From Macrostomum lignano (Eukaryota): DNA of 64,000 nucleotides. Positions 25,576-38,900 of the stretch are shown in pieces (the stretch's first letter is position 1; each line of letters opens with the position of its first letter). The translations under genes were made by a program, and so were the position numbers. The notes beneath the pieces were generated by a model. That model made no database searches. It was not told the origin of the DNA and saw only the letters and a list, made by a program, of their open reading frames with translations. The DNA lies in NCBI GenBank assembly GCA_002269645.1, contig NIVC01000099.1, positions 682,001-746,000 on the forward strand, written 5' to 3'.

Positions 25576-26135
25576 AAGGGAGTTGCAGGGCGATTCCTGC
25601 AGGGAGTTGCAGGGCGATTCCTGTAGGGAGTTGCAGGACGATTCCTGCAGGGAGTTGCAGGGCGATTCCTGTAGGGAGTTGCAGGGCGATTCCTGTAGGG
25701 AGTTGCAGGGCGATTCCTGCAGGGAGTTGCAGGGCGATTCCTGTAGGGAGTTGCAGGGCGATTCCTGTAGCGAGTTGCAGGGCGATTCCTGCAGGGAGTT
25801 GCAGGGCGATTCCTGTAGGGAGTTGCAGGGCGATTTCTGTAGGGAGTTGCAGGGCGATTCCTGTAGGGAGTTGCAGGGCGATTCCTGTAGGGAGTTGCAG
25901 GGCGATTCCTGTAGGGAGTTGCAGGGCGATTCCTGTAGGGAGTTGCAGGGCGATTTCTGTAGGGAGTTGCAGGGCGATTCCTGTAGGGAGTTGCAGGGCG
26001 ATTCCTGTAGGGAGTTGCAGGGCGATTCCTGTAGGGAGTTGCAGGGCGATTCCTGTAGGGAGTTGCAGGGCGATTCCTGTAGAGAGTTGCAGGGCGATTT
26101 CTGTAGGGAGTTGCAGGGCGATTCCTGCAGGGAGT
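25576..26135. repeat. 24-bp minisatellite GGGCGATTCCTGTAGGGAGTTGCA, ~23 copies
   Basis: 8-aa period (IPVGSCRA) in the ORF track. Confidence 0.95.
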
Positions 26136-26983
26136 GGAGGCAGACCCACGAGCACAGGATATTATGACGTAATTAAAAATAAAGACAGTAAATAAGTGCG
26201 GCATTGAGAAAACACAGTGCCCAGAAAAATGACAAAGGAAAAAGAGATTAGCTATAAAATCAGACACTGTGGTCAGGAAATTTCCGCCGGTTGAGTCAGA
26301 AACCGCAGCTCCCAATGCGGGGTAAAAACTGAGAGTGAGGGACGTCACAGGCACAAACTAGCAGAAAGCGTATCAGTGAACTTTCCCATGAAAGCAAATT
26401 TTAACCTTAGACTGAAAGGTGCGCTGGATAGCGGCCGACTTTGACAATAAAACTGTCTAATTAATAAAGTTTAGCCAGGTGAGTTATACACAGACAAGTT
26501 TAAGATGCAATGCTGACAAAATTTTGCAGTGTTTAACAAAAGTGCCCGCACTTTTATTAATTGACAAAGTATTCGATAAAAAAACAATTAAATTATTAAA
26601 CAAGTAAGCAACTTATTCTGAAGAAAAACAACTTGAAGTTGACGAAAGAAAAATTTATCACTGTGCGGACGAAACACAGGAACCGAAAATTGATAATTAA
26701 TATCTCACAGACTTCACGAAATTCTATCAAAAAACCTCTGCACCTGATAGCATCATCTGCGATATTCAATAGTTTATCTAGGCCGTTAGTTTCAGCAGCT
26801 AAACTTTTACGCAAAGGGAAAGCGTCATGGAATTTCCGCGGAAAAGCCATGGGATTTCCATGGATTTCACATTGACAAGTTGCTGCTGGATACTCAAATC
26901 TGGAATTCTGACTAGACTGAGACAGAAGGTTCTGTTGATCAGGCAGCTGCATCGGTCTCTCTGGAGGACCAAGTTGGACTGCG

Positions 26984-29900
26984 CTAGCTGTTGGACCCGC
27001 AGTCCCCTTCTTCGGCATTCGCCGATTCTCCCTCCGTGTCGTCGCCAGCTACGAGCCGACGATCAAGCGGCCTTCGCAGCTGAAGTCGGGCGGCCGCATC
27101 GCCGAGCCTGTCGAGATGGACATCGTCGCCGGCGCCATCGGCCTCGACGTCGTTGTCGCACAGGTGCACCTCCTCGTCGATGTCCTTCTCCAGCTCGTCG
27201 GTGGTCGGCGCCGCTGCGCCGTCGACGTCTTCACTGTCGTCGCCGTCTTCGTCGTCGGCTTCGTCATTGTTGCAGTCGGCGCCACCTGAGGCGGCAGCAA
27301 CTGCCGGCTCGAAGGACCCGGCGGTGCTCGCCGCAGTGGCCCCGTCCAGCAGCAGCGGCGAGTCCGCGCCGGGGCCTCCACCGCCGCTGCCAGCGTCCTC
27401 CGCGTCGATATCAACGTCGATGTCGCCGGAGGTCGGCGCCGGCGCCGCCGATGTCAGCTGGAGGCGGTCGCGCAGCTCGCAGACGAGTCGACGCTGAACA
27501 GCGGCTTCGGCCTCCAGGTGCGCGGCGTGCCACGCCAGGTCCCGGCACTTCTGGTAGAAATTCGGGGCGCGCACCTGCGGGTGGGGAAGGAGAGCTGACT
27601 GACTGACTGACTGACTGACTGGCTGACTGACTGACTGACTGGCTGACTGACTGACTGACTGACTGACTGACTGACTGACTGACTGACTGACTGACTGACT
27701 GGCTGACTGACTGACTGACTGGCTGACTGACTGACTGACTGACTGGCTGACTGGCTGACTGACTGACTGACTGACTGACTGGCTGACTGACTGACTGACT
27801 GACTGACTGACTGACTGGCTGGCTGTCTGCCGCACAAGAACCCAGCCGCACCTGGAACCGCAGCAGCAGGCAGTCGGAGTCCAGGTATCCCTCGCTGCTG
27901 AGCAGGTCCAGCCGGAAGAAGCGGTTGTAGCCCCAGCACTCGCCAATGTCAAAGTCGGAGGCGAACTCGCGCACAATATTCCTGGAGGAGTCCCTGGCTG
28001 ACTGGTGCACCATCTCCACCCGGTACTCGTACTTGCTGGTCTCCGGCAGGCCGGCGGTGAGCTCCAGGAACACTGACAGGTAGTTGCCGCGCACGACTCC
28101 GTTGCCATCCGGATAGACTTTGAGCCGCCAGCTGAGGCCGTGGACTCGAAGAGGCTCGCTGTAGACCGGGTCCGCCCGCTGCTGCAGCTGGCTGAACTGC
28201 TCCAGCCGGAACTCGCTGCCGTCATACGGGGGCACGATCTCGGACTGGAACTCGGCGGGCACCGGGGCCGTCACCAGGCTGCTGGTGGGCTGCCTGCGGG
28301 GCGAGTGCGAATAGGCGATGGGAGGCTGCCCTGCGCTGCTACTGGTCAGTAGGCTGAGAGGGACATGCTTCGTGGCGTAAAAGCTGGGAACCGCCAACCG
28401 CACAGCCAGACACAAGCCAACCAGACAGCCAGACACAAGCCAACCACAGCCAGACACAAGTCACCCACAGCCAGACACAAGCCAACCACAGCCAGACACA
28501 AGCCACCCACAGCCAGACACAAGCCACCCACAGCCAGACACAAGCCACCCACAGCCAGACACAAGCCAACCAGACAGCCAGACACAAGCCAACCACAGCC
28601 AGACACAAGCCAACCACAGCCAGACACAAGCCACCCACAACCAGACACAAGCCACCCACAGCCAGACACAAGCCAATCACAGCCAGACACAAGTCACCCA
28701 CAGCCAGACACAAGCCAACCACAGCCAGACACAAGCCAACCACAGCCAGACACAAGCCACCCACAGCCAGACACAAGTCACCCACAGCCAGACACAAGCC
28801 AACCACAGCCAGACACAAGCCACCCACAACCAGACACAAGCCACCCACAGCCAGACACAAGCCTCCCACAGCCAGACACAAGCCAACTGCACAGCCAGAC
28901 ACAAGTCTACAGAACCCACCGCCTAAAGTCGTTGAACATGGCCAGAATGTTAGCGGAACGGTCGATCAGCTGACTCCGCGACAGCACCCGGACCTCGTAT
29001 TCCACGCTGTTGAGAAGCGATTCGAGCACCTCGGCCTCGTGAGCCAGGTGGCCGCGCTGAGTCATGAGGGTGACCAGCTTGGACTTGAGCTGGCTCTCCA
29101 GCCGCGTCACGATCAGCTCAACTGCGTTGCGAATCTCGCGAACTCGCTCGTCTTTGGCCTGCCGGACAGACTCCATGTTCTTCTCCTGGGATGGCGGTTT
29201 TGTGACTGACAAATTGACTGACTGATTGGTAAGTTAGGCGATTGACTGATTCTGTAGCTGACTGATTGGTGAACTGAGTTATTGATTGGTTAACTGGGTT
29301 ATTGATTGGTGAACTGGGTTATTGGTTGGTTAACTGAGTTATTGATTGGTTAACTGGGTTATTGGTTGGTTAACTGAGTTATTGATTGGTTAACTGGGTT
29401 ATTGATTGGTTAACTGGGTTATTGATTGGTTAACTGAGTTATTGATTGGTTAACTGGGTTATTGGTTGGTTAACTGAGTTATTGATTGGTTAACTGGGTT
29501 ATTGGTTGGTTAACTGAGTTATTGGTTGGTTAACTGAGTTATTGATTGGTTGCTTGCTTGCTTGAGCGACTGGTGGATGCGAATAGCCGATGCAAACGAT
29601 ACCGAAGCCAAGAAGCATCCCAGAATCGTTGCAGGCAACACAGGTAGAATAGGGAAAAAGTGACTCCAGACTAATTTAAAACGACGAGAAGTCACCAAAA
29701 AGTCGTCAAAGAGTTTCCTAAAGAGTCAATTTGAGTCTTTTTATTGCCTGCGACTCTGAAACGACTCTGGAGCAATGCAAGTGAGGCCGTAGAGTCCTAT
29801 CTGAGGCGTGCTGGAGTCGCTGTAGAATCACTGAGTTGCGTCTAAAGCGCATCTGCGTCAATTTATGAATCAGAACCGCATTTTGTATTTATAACAGCTC

Positions 29901-32900
29901 TATTTAATCTACTTGAGTTAGTAGGAGTTTGTAGCCGAGTGGTCAGAGCGTCGTACTTGCGACTTGAAGGTCGGGGGTTCGATTCGCAATCCCACTCAAA
30001 AAAAATTTGTGTCCTTGAGCGAGACACTTAACTCTGCATTGCTTCAGTTCACCCAGCTGTAAAATGGGTGCCAGCATAAGCTGGGGTAATTGAGGGTGGG
30101 TGTGGCGACCCCCCCCCAGACCTTGGACTGAACAGCCGTACGCCGCCTTCACCCGATGAAAACGGTACCCAGGCCAAGAAGCGCCCCGGAGTCAAAATGC
30201 ATGCTCAGCGACTCAGAAGTGATGCACTAACGATTTTAAAATGACGCTAAAGCGCTTCTTCTGCAACTTTTTTGGGCGAATCGTATGTGTCCATTACTCT
30301 GCCGCGATCAGTGGCTTGCCTATTTATGCCGCCGCGCGGTCCTTGCGCTCTCGCCACTCTTTGCGCTCAATTTTTTGAAAGGAAAAAAAATTGCTCGTAA
30401 CTTGTGGGGACTTCGTTTGCTGCTCCCCCCTTTAATGCTTCGTTGCGCTGTTGCCGCCTCGCTGCGCTTTGTTCGCCTCTTGGCCTGTCCATCCTCATGG
30501 TTTAGAGTCGTTTAGAATCACTCAGTTTTAGCCTATTGAACTCAAATTGCACTAACTAGCCTACCGAGTTAGTGGAAAGTTAAGCGCCAGCACAACGATT
30601 CTTGGGCGACTATTTCGCGACTCTTTTACGCTTCTACAACTCACGTGACGCGCTTGTGATGCAGCAGGCACCTCTCCGTCGCATTTGACGCGTTTGAGTC
30701 GTTAAAAAGTCACAAGAGTCGCCCCAGACGCGCTAGACTCACTAGAGAGTTGTTTGCAATAACTTTTTAGTGACTCTTGTCACGGTATCGTTTTCAACGG
30801 GTCAGATGCGCCGCGCAATAGCTGCTATCGGCTGCACATCTACCCAATTGGGATTGATTGATTGGTGTAATCAATCAGTATTATTACTATTGAGTTAGAA
30901 GAAAGTTGAGCGCCAACACAACTCTTGGATGACTTTTCTGCGACTCTTTTACGATTCTGCAACTCAGTCAACAGTCGCTCCAGTCACTAGTGAGCTGCCT
31001 GCCGACTTAGCTAGATTTTATTGATTGACCGCCAAGCTGACTGGTTGATAAGTAATCGATTAATCAATTTCTTGTTAAAGTCGGTCACTCACCACCTCCT
31101 GTATGAAGGAGATGAGCTCCATATTCCTTCGTTTGAGCTGGTCCACCTTGTCCTGGATGCGCATCACGTGCTGCTCGTAGACCCGCTCAAGCGGCTGGAA
31201 GGTGTGCTCGGCGTGCTGGGCGTCGAACAGGGCGCACTGGTGGCACACGGCCACCTGGCAGGTCTGGCAGTACACCGTCAGCCGCTCCTTGTGGCTGTCG
31301 CATCGGTCACTGCTGCGAGCATCACCAGGTGAGCCCTGTTGAGACTGAGTCTGGCGGCCCTGAGACACCTGCTGCTGCTGCTGCTGGCTTTGCAGCTGGT
31401 CCAGCTGGCTGGTTACCTCGTCTGCCCAGCGGCAGATGATCAGGTCCTGGACGTGAAGCGGCGACCTACGGACCCGGGTGTGTAGCAGTGGGGAATGGCT
31501 TGTGGAATCTGCAGACAGCACTGGGGAGGGTGGCGGTGTAGCCTGGTGGACTGGGGAGGGTGGCGGTGTAGCCTGGTGGATTGGGGAGGGTGGCAGTGAA
31601 GCCTGATGGACTGGGGAGGGTGGCAGTAAAGCCTGGTGGACTGGGGAGGGTGGCAGTGAAGCCTGGTGGACTGGGGAGGCTGGCAGTAAAGCCTGGTGGA
31701 CTGGGGAGGCTGGCAGTAAAGCCTGGTGGACTGGGGAGGGTGGCAGTGAAGCCTGATGGACTGGGGAGGGTGGCAGTGAAGCCTGATGGACTGGGGAGGG
31801 TGGCAGTAAAGCCTGGTGGACTGGGGAGGCTGGCAGTGAAGCCTGATGGACTGGGGAGGGTGGCAGTAAAGCCTGGTGGACTGGGGAGGGTGGCAGTAAA
31901 GCCTGATGGACTGGGGAGGGTGGCAGTAAAGCCTGATGGACTGGGGAGGGTGGCAGTAAAGCCTGGTGGACTGGGGAGGGTGGCAGTAAAGCCTGGTGGA
32001 CTGGGGAGGCTGGCAGTAAAGCCTGATGGACTGGGGAGGGTGGCAGTAAAGCCTGGTGGACTGGGGAGGCTGGCAGTAAAGCCTGGTGGACTGGGGAGGC
32101 TGGCAGTGAAGCCTGATGGACTGGGGAGGGTGGCAGTGAAGCCTGGTGGACTGGGGAGGGTGGCAGTGAAGCCTGGTGGACTGGGGAGGGTGGCAGTAAA
32201 GCCTGGTGGACTGGGGTTGGCAGCCACAGGAAGCATTGCAAGAGTCCAAACAGATTCTCACCGGCAATGCGGACACTGTGGCCGTTCAGACAGCCATCGC
32301 TAAAAGTACAAAAGTGAAGCAACGGCTTAAATTAAAGGTTTAAAGCAGAAAAGCAACTTGCACTGCAGCTGAACTGATATTACAGCTTTTGCTCACCCGA
32401 ATGCAGACTGAGCAGCACAGTTTTGAGCACTGGGGACACAGCCTGGCATCTCTGAGTCGCTCCATGCAAATAAAGCAGCGAAACACTTCAGCCAGACTCT
32501 GGTGGGTAAAGATTGATGGAGTTGGATTGTGGGCTGATAGATAAAATAAGCAATGAATTGGAATACAAATTTATAGACTTCCTTTAACCCTATATTGGAT
32601 TATAAAGCCTTCACATTGAGTATTCCTGAACTGCTATAAAAGGCTTTTTGCTTGGCTGCTTTATCGTCTTTGTAATACCATTAAAGAATTCCTTGGTTTA
32701 GATTACAAACGAAAATTTATAGATATCTTAGCTTATATCTTATAAAAATTGGTTGGCAATTATACTCGTATAAAAGCTATAAAGATAAAAGAACATCATT
32801 TTAGCAAACTTGAAAATATAGATTTAGGCCTAATCCACTGCACTAAAAGTTACAAGTTTTTATAGTGCATCAATAATATTATAGATTAAATCAAAATTAT

Positions 32901-35900
32901 CTACTTTACTGACATTATTTATATGCATATTTCCAAAATACAAAAAATTAACAAACTAAATAGCTAAAGTAGGGTGCCCAGTAAGCCTATTTTTAGCATG
33001 TGCAAGAACGAAAAAGGTGAAAAGTGATCTTCTTTAAATGGCTGTAACTTTTAAAATATTTAAGATATGGCAACGCTCTTACATTCATTAAAAAGTAGAC
33101 AAATAGATCTTTCAAACAACATAGTTTACATGGTTAGTACATACAACTACAAAGATACAGATTGTCAAACATCATGTACATTTTCGTAAATTTTCAAAAC
33201 TGTGCTGAATTTGCTTGAAAATATGGGGTCGGGAGAGCATATTTTAGTAAATGAGTGCATAACTGCTAAGAATGCTTGAACATTGGGTGTAGGTGACTTC
33301 CTGCAGGTCATTTTAAGTGAATTTTTTTGTTCAGAAATATGTACATATAACATTTAAATGGCCATAACTTTTGAATGGAAAGAGTGGCCACCCTAATTCT
33401 TTTTGCTACTTACTTCTAGTGACACAATGAAACTTTTAGGCAAGACAGGATGAGTGTAACTCTTGACGCAGCATGCTTAACAGAAATCGTCGAAATGCAT
33501 GCAAATCCCCAAAAGGGACATAAAAATCGGGAAATTTTTGAAGCTCGAAAAAAGAGCCAGTTAGTTTCGTTGATAAAATGATAGCAAAACAGGCCAAGCT
33601 CTTTGTCCTAAAGGCACATCCTGATAACTTTTGCCGCACCAAAGTTATTAAGCGTATTTGGCACAGCTGTACATGCAAATACACTATGGAGATAGAAAAT
33701 GTACATTGAGGGGCTATATGCTCCACAAATGTCACGCATGCAATTTTTTTCAGATGTGGATAGCAGGACTTACGATATACTTTATCTTTTATGCATTTCT
33801 CACTAATCCATCTTTTACTTGCAGATGCCAGACATGCTGCACCTGTACAGTATCTGCTATGAGTGCGTGACAAGCTCATTGTGTAGCTTTCTACAGTCGC
33901 CTCTCCCGTCCGAAGATCGCGCACAGCTTCTTGAAGGCCTACATCGGCGCCCCTCTCCTCTTATGGGGACAAGGCAGCAGCAGTAGCAGCAAAGGTTGGC
34001 AAACTGGCATGCTGCAAGTCGACTCTGGCACAGTTGCAGCTGGGACCACTGCAGGAAAGACAAATGCATTGTCCATGTAGATGGCCCAGACACTCTGCTT
34101 GCCAGCAGCTTCCTCGCATATCTTCAACCTCTACAGGTCCCGCACCTTCTTCACTTTCGTTACTGCCTCCCACAGGTTACAAAGTACGTCTAGTTCAGTG
34201 TCTGCAGGCAGACTAGGACATTCTGCCAAGCTAATTAAAAATATTAAAGCACTAAAATGGAGCAGCTGAGTAAAGGCTGAGCTCAGTGTTAGTGTGTGTT
34301 CAAGCCCAAGCGTTCTATGCATTCTATTGCAGCTCGTATTCTATGTCCTAAATCCCGCGTTGCCGAAGTCCACTTGCTGTAATACCAGCCTCCCTCGTTT
34401 CCAAATAAAAAACCCTTTGCCCGGCTATGATGATTAGCCACCTGGGAATAACATACATGAATTGACTTTCCTGCACAACTAGTGCATCCTATGGTCACAA
34501 CACTGAGCAAAAGGGTTCTCAGCCAATTCGGCTGCTGGCAGACAAACTGACTAGGGATGAAAACGGGAGCAGACGAATTGACTGTCATACTCTCATACAT
34601 GTACATGTACATACACAATGTAATCATGCTGTACACTGCCCTCAAGATTGTTAGATTGGCTACGAGCGAGTCACCAATTCAACACTCTATCGCCGAACTG
34701 GTATCCCATCCCAACAAACTGTTGCACAGTTGGCGACTCAAGTCTCGAGCTGCCAGGCCATGTCATCCAAGCCGATTCGTACCGCCCGCAGCTGGTGCAG
34801 ATGCTGCTGACGCTGCAGGCACCGTAATACTGGAGACGAAAGGCACGCACTCGCATTTTGTTGACTGCCTGCTGGCTGATGCAGCCGACACCCTTGACAC
34901 TGCCGATGGTGCGACCTACATTCGTGTCAAGGTCCTGAAACCCACCCTGTAACATTGTCTCGATCATGCCTGACTGGCTTGACTGTTAGTAGCTACAGTT
35001 GTAGTACTGTAGTAGACTCATAGTACAATGAGAAAGCCAGCATAGCAGACGAAATGTTCATTCAGATATTTGCTGACAAACGAACTACAGATGAATTGGT
35101 AGCAGACATTTTGACTGGATTACCACAAAAAGCTTTGTGCTGAAAAGTGGACACAGTGAACAAGTAAATGAATCAAATGATGCAAGTAAACTGTAAGGGT
35201 AAAGTCAATTGCTGAATTCGGGCATGGCCTTTTCAAACATAAAAGTACATGATTCAGTAACATACTACTTAGTAAAGCATCAATTCATTACAGTTGTCAA
35301 ATGGACTAAAAAAAAGCTTTTGAATGAATCTAACATGAAGATAGTATATTAAGATTGACAGGAGCTACATTGACTTTTAGACACCATAGACATCCAGAGT
35401 GGTACTTTGGAAGACCCATTTTCATGGAAATAATGGTCAACCATTTGCATACTACTTACAGGAGAAAGTCAAAAATCTTAATAATTATAGTATACACATA
35501 TTACTTTAATATGAAAGCAATAAAAAAATAAGGTGAATAGAAACTATACCATGAAAAAGCCAAAGAATGGCGCTCTTACAATTTTTTCTATCTATTTTGT
35601 CCTAATCCCCAGATATCTGGAGATATAGAATAATATACTATGTACAAAAATATATAAAATATTGCAGTAACAAAAATTAATTTCCAAAAGTTTGGTATGA
35701 TTTCACTCATAATATCTAGGGCTACAATATGGCATGGTTAAAAATTAGGATTGTAATTTTTTTTTGCACTGGACACCCTACCCTAACTCCATAGTCAGGA
35801 AGGTGGCAGAGTGTGCGCCGGAACAAATTTTGGCCTCTCCCAAAATTGTGCGCCGTGCGCCGACACAAAAACCCTCGTGTGCGCCGTTGTGCGCCCGCCA

Positions 35901-38900
35901 CTACCTGCCTTGCGACAATAAAAGACCTTTTTTTACAACATAGTCGAGTCACGAGACAAGAGAATATAATGGTTAATACGGGACGGTTACGGGCTATCTA
36001 TATTATATTATGAGAAATTGAGATCGTTAAACCGAAAATAGAAAAAAAAAAATTTTTTAATTTAATTTCTTATTTTTAAAACAAAACAAACCTAAAAAGT
36101 AAGCAAATGGCAAAAACAAAGATAAAAAGGAAAAGGAAAGTATTTTATTTTATTTTTTATGTTTTAGTAGAATGCAGTGTTACATTAGATAGAACAGTAA
36201 ATAGTGTACTGTAACAAGTAACGACTTACATTGTTACATGGGATCGCCACAAGGGTAACGCTGCATGTGGCGCGGCGCCTGCCGCGCCGCGCCGCCATGC
36301 GCCGGTGTCCTCTGGTGTGCGCCGTTGTGCGCTGCTGTGCGCTGTTGTGGCGCGCCGCTCCTTGAGAGTGCCATCCTTAGCAAACAACTCGCTTGCGGGT
36401 TGTTCGTTGACTTCGAAGGAGCATTTGACAATGTCCTCTTCCGCTCCTTCAGAAATTCTCTTTCCCGCAGGAATGTAAGACACAGCATTGTTCGCTGGAT
36501 TTATTTTATGATCCGCAAAAGGTTTGTGACATCCACACTTATGGGCGTTACCCTCACCCGGGCGGTGATGAAAGGCGGCCCGCAAGGTGGCGTGCTAACT
36601 CCACTTCTCTGGAATCTCGTCATGGACGAACTTCTAACCGCTGACATTCCCAGCAGTATCACCAGGGCGGGCTACGCCGATGACGTTGCCGCGGTCGTCA
36701 GCGGACCCGACCCCGCCACTCTGCGCAACCTGATGCAGCAATTCGCCGACAAGGCGGCCGACTGGGCTACACAGCATGGCCTAAAAATCAGCGTCACTAA
36801 GACTGTCGCTGTCGTTTTCACCAAGCGCCGTAAGTGGGAGATGAAAAACCTCACTGTCTATGGCAGAAACATCCCCTTCAAGAAGGAGGTCAAATACCTC
36901 GGTGTGACGCTAACGCATGACCTGCGCTGGACGAAGCACCTTGATAACGTCATCGGTCGGGCAAAACGCTGCTTTGCCCAGCTGCGCAGAGCCATCGGGC
37001 CGACTTGGGGCCTCTCGCCTAGAACGGTCCGTTGGATTTATACCGGCATCATCCGGCCCAGTATCACATACGCGAGTCTCATCTGGACTAGCGTGCTGGA
37101 GCAGAAGGCCGCCCGTCAGCGGCTGTACCAGCTTCAGGGCAGCATTTGCCGTGCCATCACAGGTGCGTACCCGTCCACCCCTTACGAGGGGCTGAACACT
37201 ATCCTTAACCTACCTCCGCGTCACCTATTTATTAGGGCGGAGGCTATGAAGTCTGCCTCCCGGCTTATCAGAGATAAAACGTTAAATAACGCGCCCTCTG
37301 GCTTTATGCCAATGAAAACATTAATCCCGCATATGGACTTTGTCCGCCGCGACCTTAACAACATCCACATGGACCTGGGCAATGTGGATAGTCGACCTCC
37401 CGCCCTCAACATCAGGAGGGGCTTCAAGACCGCCATCCCTGGCCGAGACAACATTCCGCTGGATGTCGGTGTGAACCGGCGCAGCCAGGGCATTCACTGC
37501 TTCACCGACGGCTCGCTGTTCAACGGCCGCGCTGGAGCGGGTATTGCCATTTTCCACGAGGGTAAGATGCTTCTCCAGGAAAGTCTGCACCTCGGTGAGA
37601 ACACCTCAGTTTTCCAAGCTGAAATTTGCGCCATTGAGCAGTGTGCCCAGCAACTGTTTCAGGCGAACATTAATAATTTTGACATTAATTTCTACACTGA
37701 TAGCCAAGCTGCTATTAAGGCCTTAACCACTGAGAATATCTCCGCTGCTACAGTATCTCAATGCCACCGCAGTGTGCAATCTCTCTCAGTCCTTAACAGG
37801 ATTAGAATTATCTGGACACCTGGTCACAGCAACATCCTGGGCAACGAGCTCGCGGACTCTCTCGCCAAGGAGGGCAGCAACCCAGACGGCAACCACCGTC
37901 TGATGAGGCTACCCACCCCCAGGTCGCAAGTCACCCGCCATATCAACAGGTGGCTCCATCAGCAGCACCAGCTCCACTGGAACAGCTGCACCGAGTACAG
38001 GCAGAGCCGCTCTGCCATGCCTAACCTGAACAGGAAAGTCTCTGATTATCTGATTTCGCTTAACAGAACCGACCTCAGGGAGATGTGCATGGTCCTAACC
38101 GGCCACGGATTCTTCCAGAGACATATATCGTTGCAAACCGGTTGCCCTCCCACCTGTCCCTTCTGTGGCATAGGAGAGGAGACCGCGGAGCATCACGTCA
38201 CCTTCTGCCCTTACTTCAACAAGGCGCGGCACAAATACCTCGGCCACCCCCAGCGGATGGACGAGCTGACCACCGCGGACAATATCCGAGACCTCCGCGC
38301 CTTCGTCCGGGACTCCGGCCGGATGAGGGTCGCCGATGCCTCCACTGCGGACCTGCCGACTACTGGCGGGGACTGGGCGCACCCCCAAGGCTAATCCTTG
38401 TGCTCTTTTACCTTGGGGTTGCGATAGGGGCCTCGCGGCCTATTCGCGGCGCCTGCGCCCCCCGTCAGTAGTAAGTAAGTAAGTAAGGTGGCAGAGTGTG
38501 CGCCGGAACAAATTTTGGCCTCTCCCAAAATTGTGCGCCGTGCGCCGACACAAAAACCCTCGTGTGCGCCGTTGTGCGCCCGCCACTACCTGCCTTGCGA
38601 CAATAAAAGACCTTTTTTTACAACATAGTCGAGTCACGAGACAAGAGAATATAATGGTTAATACGGGACGGTTACGGGCTATCTATATTATATTATGAGA
38701 AATTGAGATCGTTAAACCGAAAATAGAAATTTAAAAATTTTTTAATTTAATTTCTTATTTTTAAAACAAAACAAACCTAAAAAGTAAGCAAATGGCAAAA
38801 ACAAAGATAAAAAGGAAAAGGAAAGTATTTTATTTTATTTTTTATGTTTTAGTAGAATGCAGTGTTACATTAGATAGAACAGTAAATAGTGTACTGTAAC

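Noticed and set aside
29925-30000. tRNA gene
   Set aside because: A and B boxes are present but I cannot fold a complete cloverleaf, and the sequence runs into a SINE body shared with 24880-25104.
30555-30975. Two ~80-bp imperfect direct repeats in a GACTC-rich region of TRIM37 intron 4
   Set aside because: Probably subterminal repeats of a decayed element; termini and TSD could not be defined.
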